From Trichosphaerium sp. ATCC 40318 (lineage: Eukaryota; Protista; Tubulinea), in NCBI GenBank assembly GCA_038496445.1, contig JALMLS010000354.1, positions 372,001 to 436,000 on the forward strand: a stretch of 64,000 nt of DNA, read 5' to 3'. A program made the position numbers and the translations under genes. Every line of letters starts with the position of its first letter. Position 1 is the stretch's first letter. This document shows positions 36,740 to 50,777 of this stretch, in pieces. Under the pieces are notes generated by a model, which was not told the origin of the DNA, did no database searches, and was given only the letters and a program-made list of their open reading frames with translations.

Positions 36740-37380
36740 TCAAATGTTCATGAGATAACCAAGGTCCATTTTGTGCTTTTTAACACCTCTAGATCTCTTA
36801 GTAACTCCGCCACCGTTTACCCAAGGTAAGGAAGGCACGTGACGTTGTGTTTGTTCTTGTAATACAGTCTCTCTGCAAGGTCCAATAGCGATGGTTTTAA
36901 ACCGAGCAGCCTCGTAATGTAACAGTAGAGACTTGTTCCTCGTTACCACAGACAAACCAAATATCATTGCCTTAAAATCAGACAATTCATCGTTGAATTG
37001 GCTATCATTCTCTGCGCTAGGCATCCGTTCTAAAAAAGGTATAAGCAACGAGATAAATGACGTAAATTTAACGGAGGTATTTTTTAGCTTTCAAAAAAAA
37101 AAAAGAAGCAAAAATAGGTTTTCTCTTACCTTTGCAAGCGTTCGATCTAAACATACAAAAGAGGGGTATGTGTTGACTAGCATGTTTCCGAAGTTTTGGA
37201 CTAAGTTTTGCTCCCTGATACTAAATCTCTATTAACACAAATCCTCTCTTTTCATACAAAGCAACTTTTGCAAAAACAGGCCAAAAAAAAAAAACAAAAA
37301 AAAAAAAAAACATAAAACACACGTGCCTTCTTGGATAGCTTAAAATGAAACATATAATCATTGACGTCATTGTTACTCAT
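36740..37380 (-). CDS. Hypothetical protein
   Basis: Likely three exons, the last a ~100-aa open frame; no family recognised. Confidence 0.45.
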
Positions 37381-37833
37381 GTTTATTATAAGGTGCGATA
37401 CGTGTTGCTGTTAAAAATTATGGGCAGATTTTAGGTTGACAAAAACCAAAACACGTAACAAATATTTATTTTTGATATTGAATCACAACTCCTAAACTGT
37501 TCCGGCGAGAAATGACTTGTGGCTCATACTACGCAACACAAATTGTAAAAATACTTATAAGAAGAAATCATAGTGGGATAGATAATTGAAAAGAAAGACA
37601 ATGTAGGGTTGAAGTTTTGAAGAACAAAAAAGTACGCCCCGTCCTCCGTTCGTTAACGAAAAGAAACGTTGAAAAAAAAATCCCCAAAGAAAACCAAGAA
37701 AGTTCAAAAAAAAAAAAAAAGTGCGAGGAAGCTATAAGTTTTATATGTACATTAGTTTTAGTCTTCGCCTCTACGTAAACCGCGACGACGCGGAGCGGTT
37801 GTGGTCTGTGCCACACGTTGTGTTTGTATAGAG

Positions 37834-39423
37834 CTAGCTATCTACGAAATGCATGAGTTCTCGAGTCAAGGCAACAAATAGTGTGGATTTTGGAAAAACA
37901 TGCAGTTTTTGAAAGAAAAGAAAAAAAAAAAGTCCGGCTAAACTGTCCCTCTCTAAACGGTTGAGGTAGTTTTGTGAGTCAAACTGCATTAGTACTAAAC
38001 ATACAATATCATTGCCCGACTTTTTAAATAGACGAAAGTCATAGAGCGTCTTAGTAATAACAGGTCGAATCATATTGATTTCCATGTGAGAAAAATTTGT
38101 GAGATCTACAGAATGTCAGATTTAAATAATGGTCAATAAATGAAATAAACACGCAAAAGCGTGTCAACCATACAACCGGAAACATGTGTATGCATCCCGG
38201 CAACATCCACATGAGCGGACTTTTTAGATAAAAGCGAATTTATGCCCATAAATTGGTATTGAAATTGAAGAGAATAGAAAAAAAAAAAACCCACGTGTAT
38301 AGAAATGCTAACGTGTTGGATCCTTAAGTTAAATGTTGTATAGTTTTCTATATGTCCGGTGCTGTTTTAAGGGCATAAAATATAAATAGATATTGAGAGA
38401 TGAAAGAAAGGCGTTGGGTAGAGATGTACCAGGTGTAACACCCTCATTCTCAGGTAGTGTGAGTTGCTTTAGATTGCGCTGAATTGTATTTAACCGTTGA
38501 CCGAAAATATCTTCTAGTCTAGCACGGATTTGTTCAGGGTTCCTTATATCCTTATAGCAACTACAATGAATAAATAAGTAACACCCATACAAAGTATTAA
38601 TAAGGGGCAAAATGACGGCTAACAAAACAACCACCAAAGAGCAAAACACCCAAAGAGGAGAACAATTTGACAAATTGCAAAAAAATCTTCAAACAAAAAA
38701 TCACGTGACGGATGATAAATTTTCAGAATAACTATTTTCTGGTTGTGAACAAAAAACAATAAAAATAAGGAAAGCGTTTAGTGGTCATCATGACCACCCT
38801 TGTAACTACATACACATCAAGTAATCTGTATGCAATTTCCAAATAATACTCAGGCATTGGTGTCACTTCCGAATTCATTTCAGCTTCTTTTTCTCTTAGG
38901 AGTGCATCATTTAGGCTGTCTATATTAATATTTAATAACAAGAAGAAAAAATGGGTAGTTTAGCTTCGACGTTTCACGTGTTCAAAAAAAACTTATCGTC
39001 TTTTTTTTTTTTCCTTTTTTCGCGTTTACTGAAGAAACAAAAAAAACTGTTTTTATTTTCTCTATGACGTACCACTGCTTAGCCAACTAGGTATATCAAT
39101 TTTACATTCATTACCTATTGGTTTAATGTCAGTAATGGGTTTTTTCGTGCAGCAGCAAAAAAGTATTTAGTGCAGTTTTGATCAGTAGAGTATTTACGTT
39201 TATATAAATATACTGCGAGCCACATCGGTACTTCTATATGGACACTAGGTTCAAACGGGCCAAATTCTCCCTTTTAGTGGGCGTTAACGATGACTTGACG
39301 CACGAAACGGCGTACACTAATAAGCGTAATGGCATCCATAGACTTTAAAGGCATAATACCAATAATTGCATCCTCTGCCAAAAAAGCTATCTGCTCAGAA
39401 GTCAAGGACTCGTTTGGTTCCAT
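37834..39423 (-). CDS. GINS2: GINS complex subunit Psf2 (3' end approximate)
   Basis: EQIAFLAEDAIIGIMP, ISGEFGPFEPSVHIEVPMWLAVYL, CKIDIPSWL, PMPEYYLEIAYRLL, IRARLEDIF, MEINMIRP. Confidence 0.92.
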
Positions 39424-39824
39424 CCACACAAGTTTTCGCAGCTTAAAATGGCACTTCCCGCCAATATTTCGATTCTACAAGCGTTGACCGCGCTTGTCTG
39501 CTGGAAGCCAAAATGTCAGTACAACTATGACTCTCAGCGCCGTACGACAAGTATGCGAATGCGTGGCCGAAGAGAGAGAAAAAAATACAAACAAAGGAAC
39601 ACTTCACCACCAATATTTTTTTTTCTTTACAAGTACTATTACGTTACATGCTGCAAAGAAGAGCTCAGTGAGTTCTTTTGAATATACGGAAAATTGAAAA
39701 AAGCGTCAAACACAAATAGTTGTTCCCCACCAAGTTGACAAAGAAGTGAGAAAGCCCTTCTTTAATAAGGACAGTTCAAAATAAATGGTAAGAGATTCTT
39801 TCGTTTTTTTTTGTTGTTGAATAT

Positions 39825-41138
39825 CTATTCTGGTGCTGCTTCGAGTACAGCAGGTATAGCCTTGAACTTTTCGACCCACTCTTTGGCATCAGCCTCTGAC
39901 ATACCAACTTGGATAACTTTTGGTAATTCTTCGCACAACTTCTTGGACTAAAGACCGGATTAATCATCACGTAGATAGGCACGTAGTTAAAAAGTTTGGG
40001 ATTGAGTTTTTTTTTCCCAATTCCCAATTTGCTGTTGAAAGTGTTTTCACGTACGTCCATGACATTCATGCCCTTCTTGACTTGTCTGACAGTCTTAATG
40101 ACAGGGAACTTAACTTTATCATCGTAGCTCTTCAATATCAACTTGTATGTAGAATTAGCGCCTCCCTTGGCCTCTTCTTTCTTACCCTAACAAAGAAATC
40201 TTAGAACAAAAAAATGATTATCAAAAAACCGTACATCTTTCTTTGCATCACCTGCAGGTGCTCCTCCTGGTGGTGGTGCTGCAGCTCCTCCTGGTGGTGG
40301 TGCTCCTCCAGTAGGCATACCTCCAGCGGCAGCCGTCATGCCCATTTGAGCAAAATTAACTTGACCATTTAATGCGTTCTCGAAAAGCTTTCCAGGGTTC
40401 TCAATACCGTATAACTTGGAGAATTCAATAACTATCATTATAATATTAGTTCAAGTGATCAAAGACAGAAAAAACGGGTTTTGAGCGTCCACACACTACA
40501 AACAGAACAAATACATTTTTTGCCTTTGTTCACGGTTCGTTGCAGCGTAGGAGGTGTTGTTATAGTGTCAAAATGCGTTAATAAGGTAGTACGCACCTAA
40601 AGCACTCATTTCGACAAAGGTACAGTCCTTCATTAGCGCCATAATCTCTTTAACGCGGGCGCTTGAAGCAGAAACAGCACTGTCATCTTCTGGTGCTGGT
40701 TCGATACCATTGTTATCAGCTTTATCCTTTCCAGCGTGCATAGCCTTGAATTTGTCTATTACGCGTGGTTTGCGGTCCTTATCACCCTTTTTTTTCTCGG
40801 TCTTATCCTCCTTCTTTTCTGCCTCAGAACAGTAGTACCTGGCGAATTGTGTGGAAGTTTGAGCGTAACTGGAGAGGGTTAGGTCGCTATAGCGCTGAGT
40901 TTACTTTTTGCACCTCAATAGGTTTGTTGGTGTTCCAGCCCATCTATAGGTGGTTTTTTGGCTATTTGGTCGCGCATTAATGCTGTAGCTCTTGTTATTA
41001 AGAGTAGGGCAAGCCAAGCTAACTATAAGTGAGTACCAATAAAGATTAGCGCTGTGCGAACTTTTTTTTTGTGGTAGTGTTTGTTGAGCGGGATTGAGCT
41101 CTGTAGGCGACAGGTCGTAATTTCGCAATTTTGTACAT
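39825..41138 (-). CDS. MRPL12: Mitochondrial ribosomal protein L7/L12 (start approximate)
   Basis: Presequence-like N-terminus, Ala/Pro/Gly hinge, C-domain YKLILKSYDDKVKFPVIKTVRQV...SKKLCEELPKVIQVGMSEADAKEWVEKFK. Confidence 0.85.
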
Positions 41139-41273
41139 AGTATTATTATCGACACAGGCCGTAGCCACTTAAAATATTTATTACAGTTGGCCTCGAAAAA
41201 AAGTGGTAGGAGAACCACGTTGACAACGCTAAAATACTGTAGAGGTTGATAACCTTCGTTCAACGTCAGCAAA

Positions 41274-42613
41274 ATGGGTATTTGTAAGAAGTGCAATAAG
41301 AAACGCACTCAATTTTTTGATTATCAACAAGAGATGTATATTTGTGAGGATTGTATGTATGAAGGCAATGAAAGGGTATGTTGGCATCTATTTACGCGAT
41401 TTGACAGACACTAGCACTTTATTCGTACTTACACAGAGTGGATTAACGACGCAGAACATAACGGTCTAGAGTGTGGTATTTGTAACGAACAGATAAAGGA
41501 TACAGAAGATTTTATTCGTTTAACATGCATGGGTACGTTATTTATTTTCCAATCCAGTGCCATTACGAAGTTCAAACCTCTGTCATTCCGTTGATGACGT
41601 CTTACAAATAAAGACTTACATTTTGTTATCAGACACTTTTCACACCAGCTGCTTGGACAAGTATGGCTCTGCTAAACCACCAACAACCGTACGAATTTAT
41701 GTGCATCATTTGAAGCAATCACCGCTGTGGTCTAGTGCTAGAAAAGCCATTCTTTAAACTAAAAATTAACTGACCTTGTTAGGCTTTGGCAGGGTTTGGC
41801 TGTCCTATCTGTAACGTACCAATAGCACCTTCAGAAAAAAAAATGACACAAAACACCAAAATGGTTCAAGACATTATTACAAAATTACGTAAAATGTCTT
41901 GGATGCGCGATTTACTCCCTCAGCAAAATAAACCAGAAACCACAAGCTCTCCTATTGTCCCACGCATTATGAAAACTCCAGAGCAAGCAATAAAAGCAGC
42001 AGTACGTAATGCTTTAATAATGCTAGCAAGTAAAACTCAGTGTACTTGGTAGATGCCAACAGTGCCTAAAATCCCAGAAAAAAAGCGCTCGCCCAGGTAC
42101 GTTCCAGACGCAACGATACTTTTCGCAAGCGCTGCTAGTGACACGTTGTAACTAAGTGTATTCTAGGGTACACCCAATGGCTAATCCGAGTGTAATGGCG
42201 TCACGTACGCGCGGATTTAAGCCTGAGGAGAATTTACTCACTGGATCCGTCGATGACGACGATAACAAATACAAACGACGTAACCTTGTGAGCCTATTGG
42301 AACTCATTGGCATAGCGTACGTTGTCTTCCTTTCTAGTACAGAAAAAAGAATTTGAAAAAAAAAAACCTCTACGTGTCAAATTACTTTTATTGCAATCAA
42401 AAGCTCACAGGGTCCTTTAGTGAGCGCAAACCGGGAGCGCCACGCTCAGAGCCTCCAAAAATTAACAGCTTCCGCATGTTCCTACTTATACTCTTTGTCG
42501 TTGTTCTTGGCATAGTTCTCGTTGGTATGTTCTTTGGACCTGACTTACCTGAACTGCCGAACGGATTAAGGACTCAAACAACAGAAGAGGATGCTGACAT
42601 TGTTCAGTATTAG
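41274..42613 (+). CDS. ZFPL1: Zinc finger protein-like 1 (B-box/RING-like, C-terminal TM)
   Basis: MGICKKC...YICEDC...FIRTYTEWIND...CGIC...FIRLTCMDTFHTSCLD...AGFGCPIC, DDDDNKYKRR, C-terminal TM. Confidence 0.9.
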
Positions 42614-43114
42614 CACAGTAACAATAGTTTTCATTCAATTCAAAAAGCAAAGAAAAGAAAAGTTGTGATTAACTTTGCGCCTTGACAAGCGCGATTTCGC
42701 TTGTAAAAAAACCAAATAAATCGACAGTTGTACAGTATTCTCTCGTTTTCGTTTGGTAACTAACTGGCAGCGTTTTTTTTTGGGGACGGCGACTTTAAAA
42801 TACCAAGCGGGGCTTAGCTTCGCCAGGCTTGAGTTGTTTGATTTGGAGGCTGTGAAACAGCGCCTCTTATTAAGGTTTCTCAATTTTGAGAGTAGATAAT
42901 TTTGAAGCGATTGTTTTGACTGCATTAGAGTAATATACGTTGTTTGTGTAGCAATAAACGCGAGTGAGTTCAAATGGTGTTAATTTACATCGATACATAG
43001 CTCAGTTGCGAATAAATGTCCTAAAAGATGCCTTGAGGACCAACAAGTGTGATCGCACAAATAATAACCTAAAAGAACGTAAGAAGCTTATTTCGCTACC
43101 ATAGCCCGTACCAT

Positions 43115-43480
43115 TTAGTAAAAGTACTTTTGTCTACCACCTGGGTCGGTACGGAAGATGTGCTCTCTGTTGCCGAATGGATAATCACCAAATGCAATGT
43201 AGTAACCAACTACCAAATAGATAGGCCAGTTACCCTGTTAAAGAGTTAATACGGTCGTATGAAGGGAAATGCTTGCTTTTGACCAGGCAGCGATTCTGTT
43301 GAACAAGTTCTTGTGAAAGCCCTTCATGATGTACTGTTGTCTAGGCGAGATAGAGTACACGATATGACCGCGAACTTTAGATGGCATCAAACGAACAATT
43401 GGCTCGTAGGCTACATTGTATGGCTTTCCAGAAGGATGGTAGTAAGGCCGGGTGTGGTCTGATGGGGAGTAGAACGACAT
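43115..43480 (-). CDS. QCR8: Cytochrome bc1 complex subunit 8
   Basis: KVRGHIVYSISPRQQ motif followed by an aromatic TM segment; one GC-AG intron (43235-43276). Confidence 0.75.
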
Positions 43481-43757
43481 GTTTTCTTCCTCGTAAACTA
43501 TGCGTTCGCGAGGCGACTTATTTATAATTTTGTTTAAGGAAGAATCTGCGTTACTCTGATGTTGTACAACTTCAGGTTACTGGTATGAGTTGCACAGAGG
43601 CGCTATGCGATCTCATACGCCAACTCTTGTTCTGCGTGTTTTGAAATTGATCACTCTCGGTGACACTGTACGCTGATCATGGTATAAGGCGCATTGATTA
43701 CAAGTCACAGTTCATTTAATAATTGTCGTTGCCTTTGTCTTCGCGAAATCGTATTCC

Positions 43758-45751
43758 ATGAGTTTCCCGTTATTTGAAAAGTACTAGAACGCAGCGAAGA
43801 CCTGTCCAATGGCCTTACTCACTTTCATTTTAAAATCACCATTGTTGTGGGTGTTTTCTTGGTACACAGCTCTCCAATTTCTTGTCTGGCATTGACTGCG
43901 CGCCATAAAACCACATATTCCTCATCATGTCACATGAAGTACCACTAATAGCGCCAGTAATAGCGTCCGCGATTGAAACATGCGTAGAAACACCAAAGAT
44001 AGACTTACGTAAAGCACAGCGAGGATCATTATACACAAGACGTATAAAGAATAGCCTAAAACAAGAGAACGCATAGGAACTAACGTGTTATTCGTAGGTA
44101 AAGAAAGAAAAGCGAAGCGTGTTCTTTCATGGTCGCCAAGTCATCCACCACGCGTAAAAGTGGATTCAGTACACCATACAGACGAAAAGTTATCAGCACG
44201 TGATTAAAAGAATAAGTTTTGAAGGAAAAAATTATTGACTTTGTAATTAGGATAAGAGACCTCATTTTGGGTTACATAGAGCATCGTCATTATTTGGAAA
44301 GGTATTAGAATGGTTTTTATAAAGTGGAGGTTTGTATTGTTGTGCTAAACAGTTTTCAATGTTAGGGCAAAAAGAAGAAGGTTGTTAGCGACAGTAGACC
44401 AATAAAGGTTCTTACAATTGATGGTGGAGGTAGTCGTGGTGTTATTGCACTAGAATGTTTGATTGCACTTGAAGTAGAGCTTAGATCAAAAGGACTTGAG
44501 GTACATTAACGTTGAGTTCGTTTCTTGCTTTTTTGAAAGAAATTTTTTTTGGGTTTTCTTTTTCGTGCTTTCATTCGCGCTTTGCTTTGTAACATTCTTA
44601 ACGCTTGATATCGCACAAAATTTTTATCTACAGAAACAGCCTTATTTTGCCCAATGTAGTATATGTTGATCACGTGATTAACTTTTTTTGTAGATTTGGC
44701 AAGCATTTGATGTTGTTGCTGGAACTAGTATTGGTGGTTGTATTGCAATGATGATAGGACTTTTACATATGAGCGCAGTTGATGCTCAAACCTTTTTATA
44801 TAAATTAATACCTGTTGCATTTCCAATGAAGAAGTATAAAGTCTACAAACAGATGTTCAAACCATCACTTTATAAAACAAAAGTTTTTACTGAGTTCATG
44901 GAGGAAGAACTGTTCTCAAAAAAAATAGAAAACTACGACCGCGATACAAGTACGTTTAACTTACAAACCTGAACTCACTTTCTATACTAACCTTGCTTAG
45001 TTACAATGAAGACTTTTGGCGATAGAGTAGCATCACCAAAGGCAAGTTGCTGAAAAAGAAATCTGTACTTACTTTTTTCTCATAGGTATTTGTAACAACT
45101 GTAAATGATAAGAACGACGAAGTCGTGCTACTTAGAAGCTATCCAGAACCAGAAGATTCCCCTTTCCCTGATGTATTAGATATACCAGTAACAACAGCGG
45201 CGCTAGCAACTTCAGCGGCTCCAACATACTTCCCAGCGGTTGAAGTCGTCGATCCTGAAACAGACGAGAAATGTATGTACTTTTCCCATTTTTTTCTGCT
45301 TTGTAATTAAACCTTTGTTGTAGATCGCTTCGTTGATGGCGCTATGCGTGCTAATAATCCTACAGACCTTGCTGTTACTGAAGCAGGTCTTTTATTCCCT
45401 TCAAGGAACGTAGGACTTGTATTATCAGTTGGTACTGGATCGTTTAAAACAGAGCCAAAGGCAAAAGTAAAAAAAGGGTGGAAATGGATTTTTAGGATGC
45501 CAGATATAATATCAGATGTTACACATACTTCAAAGTTTATGGAACTCCTTGCTACACAACTAGAATTTGACTATTTCAGATGGCAACCAGAGCTTGAAGA
45601 ACAGCTTGTTTTAGATACTAGTGATGTACCACGATTAAAGAAGGCAATGAAGAGTATCAAAGAGTGGATGAAGGAAGCTGACAAGGCAAAAACTGTAGCA
45701 GAAAAAATAGCCGAGTTGCATTTTGATGAAGAAGAAAGTGCGACAAAATAA
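43758..45751 (+). CDS. Patatin-like phospholipase (iPLA2-gamma/PNPLA8-like; start uncertain)
   Basis: LTIDGGGSRG, FDVVAGTSIGG, ATSAAPTYF, FVDGAMRANNP, LSVGTG. Confidence 0.92.
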
Positions 45752-45864
45752 ACTAAAAACAAATGATTGAATGTAAAAAAAATGTGGTAAATAATGGTTT
45801 CCAAAAAACAACTGAGGTAGTGCATAGTGTAGGTCATTAAAAAAATCTATCAACTATACGTCAA

Positions 45865-48636
45865 TCAAGTTATACGCCCTTCAAGGCCTACTAACTTGAA
45901 GGAGAAAGTCCTTATGTGGAGATCACAGTACACGTGACCCACGTGGACATAAGAATGACGTAAATAGAGTGATTAAAGACCACTGTGGTTGAAAAAAGTA
46001 CAAGGGGTGATTATTTTTTATGATACAAGTGGATTCATAAGTCCAGAACATGAGTTTTTCTTAACAAGGAAACGGGACTTTAAAGATTTAAGATAGTTTG
46101 CATCTAACTTTGATGCTCTAACATCACGCATAAGTGCGTCTATATTGATTATTCCTAACAGCAAAATAAGTACAAGTACACGATAAACAAACTCAAGTCA
46201 AAGAAGCAACATATTGCTGACCAAAAAAAAGAACGAAAAGAAAAAACCCAGCCTGGCTTTTTCTTGTTTGTCATTACTTATTTTTTGCAGGGCGCAATCA
46301 TCAATGCGATATAATTTTCCCAACGTTTCGAAAGTTTGGAGAAAAGAACCAAAATGAAACCCGAAAAAGTTGCAAAACTGAGAATTCTTTTGTTTGTTTG
46401 TTTTTTTACCGTCTTGTTTCAATTGGTTTGTAAGGAGGCTCATAATCCCATAGAAAGTCATTGATAAAATACGCGCTACAAGGGAAACAAACATAAGTAC
46501 ATTTTCAAATCACATAAACATGATATCACGTGTTTTAAAACGACGTACTTTTTAATTGTTTGAGAATGCATAAAGCAATTGTGAATAAAATATCGTATCC
46601 TTCGTATAACATTACATCCCAAATACGTATCGCCAGATTGACATTAACAACTTTAAGAAATACGCGCATATACCATTCAGTAGTATAAACAGATGCAACA
46701 ACTCTCTGATCTCGCTAAATAACAAAGGTTAACAGAGAACCAAAAAAAAGAAGGTATAAAAAAAACTTGTTATGACTGAAGCAGATGAACAGACTTTGCT
46801 GCCCTCTTGTAGTTATAGACGGTCTTTTAAACAAAAAAAAAAGACTTGAGGGCAATCATTAACGTAAATAAATAAACTGTAAATCAATAAAAAACACAAC
46901 AAAAAAGAGACAAAAGGAGAAGTGATTTGTTCTATTATTTTTGAAGTCCAAATAACCCAATAAAATAAGATAAGGCGTACCATATGGCGATGTAACATTG
47001 GTAACTTATCTTTTATTATCTCGGAGTGTACAAAGTAACATACTCTGACAGCTGCTAACTCTAATAAACGAAAAATAAGTCAATACTCTTTGATTAATCG
47101 ATATTTGTTCTTAAGTACTTACCATTACCGAAAAGCTCTCTCATACCAAACCTCGGATCATGACAGACTTGTTTAAGTAGCCAAAAGGCATCTTCTTCAT
47201 CAAGGTACATCAAAATTAGACCTGTAAAATAAAGAAAAAACAATTTTAGTACGCCGTTTTAAAATCACGTGATTATTCTCTACCTGCAATATCAGACATC
47301 CCTTGACAGTATCCTATAGTTGCATCGCAATATGAGTATGCCTTAAGAACGTTGTAAAGTGCAATTTGCCTATTGAGTACGCAGTTAATTAAATATTCGA
47401 GTTAGGTAAAAAAAAAGAACCGTCATATGAATTTTCTTTTGGCTCGTACCCAAACCCGTAGCGTTGTGAAAACATCACGTGACCTCTCCAGGTGCGATTT
47501 ATATCTGCATCTATTTGATCATCATAATCAGTGCTTGCCTTTGCTAGGTTCACATATTCCTGTAGTAATTTAAGTTTGAATCCAAAAATAATTTAGACAC
47601 TATCGGCGGACAGTTTGATCACCATTTATAGCCCGAAGTTTGCGGCCAGCGTTTTAGAAATGCGTTGCGTTTGTTTGTATAAAAAAAACTCCAAGTCTCT
47701 AGACTAGAGGATACGTACCGTATAGACGCCGTTATTCTTTATAACTTTAGCAGTGACACCTGCCATAACATACCAAACATCACCTCGTAGCTTATGTGGT
47801 AAACCGCGATATACCCTATTTGCCACTTCATTCGTTCGTACTGATTGCTCGTATCTAGTTAACACTCTCTTCCACTATTTATATTACATCAGTAACCCAA
47901 AATAATATCATCAACGTGAACCGTTTTATAACCAAAACCAAAAAATCAAACAAGAAAAAAAAAACTCTCAAAGTTACTCACACGATATATTTTTCTTTGT
48001 TCTTCTTTGTTTTCTGTCTCTATTACGCCTGTAGAAGATCCTTTCGCGAACCAATCATTAGGTGCAATTGTCTAGGGTGTTTTTTTTGAGTTTTAAAACG
48101 AACAGTCACTCACGTGTTTTGTAGGGTTTGGATACAATAACTTACCGTTCGTAGCTCATCAGTATCCAGTAGAGGCGTGAATATCGTAGTTTCTTTTTTG
48201 TTTTTTTGAATTACACCTTGATGAGCCTTGAGCTTCAAGATAAGCCTGAGAATAAGAGTATGTTAATAATGGAAAGGTGTATGCGTAAACAAAACTAATT
48301 TGGTTGCCATAAGGTTTTTACGGATGTCGCCAGGGGTAGGTTAAGATGTCTATAAAGGTTATAGAAGCGATAGAGCATAGTTTTGTGAATTTCTGACTTG
48401 AGGGACTAATTTACCTTTTATCGTAAAGTACTGATGCCGAGGGTGCGTCGATAGGTCTCAGTGCGGTAGGTCGGCGTCCATTAACGGTCATTGAGCGGTT
48501 GCGCTTTGTCTACGTTTGGTGTCATATACAGATAGTACTACAACAAGGAATAACATACTGGTGACAAAATTGCGCGATTCTCATCGGAAATGGACACAGA
48601 TCGAGTCCGTAGTGGGTTTTTAGGAGCAGCGGCCAT
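45865..48636 (-). CDS. TBC-domain Rab GTPase-activating protein
   Basis: YRGLPHKLRGDVW, IDADINRT, LYNVLKAYS...IGYCQGMSDIA, EEDAFWLL, RIWDVIM. Confidence 0.93.
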
Positions 48637-48944
48637 AGTTGGCGACCTGTTGCGTAATAGAGTAGTTCTAGTCAGCTTAAATGAGGACAGCGGAATGTAA
48701 AATGTGAGCCTTTGACACATCCGCGTTTTAGCATTGCGGAATGAACGTGTACGTAGTTAAACGTGATGGGTAACATAATAATAAAACTTTGTAGTTTGTC
48801 ACAACAGAAAACGCGGCAATCCTTTTTATATATTTGTATACAATGCACTAAGGTTGTTTTGGGCGTTGTGAAGTACTTGACAGCTTGGGTACACTTTAAG
48901 CGACGAAATTTAACGCTTAACATTTAAACACAAGGTTAAACAGG

Positions 48945-50253
48945 ATGGCTTGGTTGTGTAGAGTTTCTCCTACTATCAAACAGATTCGCTTTGTTTTAAA
49001 AGTGAGGAAAAGTATTGAAGGTCGCTATGTTCCTCATAAACGAGCACACGGATTATGGTATGGTGCAAGCGTGATAACAATAGTTATTATACTTCAAATG
49101 CGTAAAGAGACTTTTATTTATTGTAATTTGCACACAGGACGTTTGTAGATAATCACCTTGAAACAATAGAAACACTGAACCCTAACACCGCACTTTACGT
49201 TGATAGTCAAGAACATTACCCATCAATGCTTTACGCTGTCTACAGTACGTATTTACGAGCGAAATATAACGCACAAGCTTATTTTACATTAATTTACTCT
49301 CCACCTGTGTTATAATGCTTAGTGGGAACTTACTGAGTATATTAAAGCGCTTCACCAATTAAATAACGCTGAACCACGTTCATTTATTTGTTTATTCGCT
49401 TAAAACACTCCCACAACGCTAAAAAACAACTATAGATTTCGGTGGTGAAGTACAAAGAGATGTAAGCGACATGACAGTGTCTCAAGTTATGGATGTCCTT
49501 GAAGGAATGGTAGAAGATGGTTAGTACTACAACAAACGTTATAAACGAGGCTCATTGCTGCTTCATCTTTTTTTTTCAATTCCACGCACAAGTCGTCTAC
49601 GCGCAGACGTGGTATTTTACGCGTGCTACGCGAGTAGCAGTATTTTTTTTTTCAACAAAAGCGCAATGTAACAAACGTATCAGTTTGCCCTTAACTGTTT
49701 ATTCAGGTGAGAAAATACCTAGGCCAGAGAATTTGCCTTGGCAAACTGGTATTAGAGTGGCTGATGATGATGTTGTCGAAGGTTATGAAACAGAAGAAGC
49801 TTATCATATTGGTGGACGCTACGGTGAAAGATTCCCAACTGCAGATGAGTACGTTTTTTTTGAAAACAAAAAAAAAACTTCAAAATTACAAAATCAAAAA
49901 AAAAGACTCACAGAACGTGACAACCACGTATCTTCGCCTGTTTTTGATTACTTAATTTGGTGACAACACTTCTAAGTGCTATGCATGCTTCAAATTACAT
50001 TTTATCCTCTGTACACCAGTCTGCAGCCACAGGCTGTAATTTTTATTATTTTTGGAGAATTTTTTTCTTTGTTTTGTATTTCGCGGTGGTTGACTCATGT
50101 TCGTCTTTTAGTCCACTAAAAGAAAGTGCATTCCATCACAGACATCCTCTTGTCAAGAGTGGCCTTGTTGTACCAGAAGGAGAACCAACAAAAAGAAGAC
50201 CAGACCCACCACTACCAGCGCACCAAAAGCCAAAAGTTACTGTTGGTGTATAA
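48945..50253 (+). CDS. Complex I subunit NDUFA2/B8-like (L51/S25/CI-B8 domain) with C-terminal extension
   Basis: MAW...IKQIRFVL...GLWTFVDNHLETIETLNPN...LYAVYNFGGEVQRDVSDMTVSQV. Confidence 0.7.
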
Positions 50254-50777
50254 ATGTATTACACTTTGTGATTCTCCTGGACATATAGACAGAAAACAAA
50301 TGATATTGTCCAGGCTCTTATTTGGCAAAAAACACAATTTTATGTTAAAGGTGATGCAGAAAACTGTAACTGTAAAATTCTATACATCTCAGACTGGCTA
50401 TTTATGTACTCTGCAATACAAACTCGCCTTAGCAATACTCTTTCTTGTTTTTTTCTTTTTCGAAACTCTATCATGGGTACGCTCCCTACAGTTATACGAT
50501 AGCAAGACCATGTGTTTTCAAAATGCAGTAAATTCCAGTAACGTTCTACTCTGAAGATTTGCATCCATGGTGGTCTTAATACGTACCTTCGAACACGTAC
50601 AAAGGAGTCGGAGTGAACCACAGACGCTTTAGAATGACATCACACTCTTGGTACATGGGACCAATGTTTTCTTTGAACAAGACTTGGTACAATAATCCTC
50701 ACTTGATGTTGGCTTGATTAGAATGTTCACTTGACAATACAAAACAAATCAGCTGCAGGTGTATTGTTTAACAATTG

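Noticed and set aside
39448-39697. Small plus-strand ORFs between GINS2 and MRPL12
   Set aside because: A tiny spliced gene is possible, but no consistent model or recognisable motif was found.
50340-50760. Short minus-strand frames left of the island
   Set aside because: Interrupted by stops with no recognisable domain; possibly decayed sequence but unsupported.
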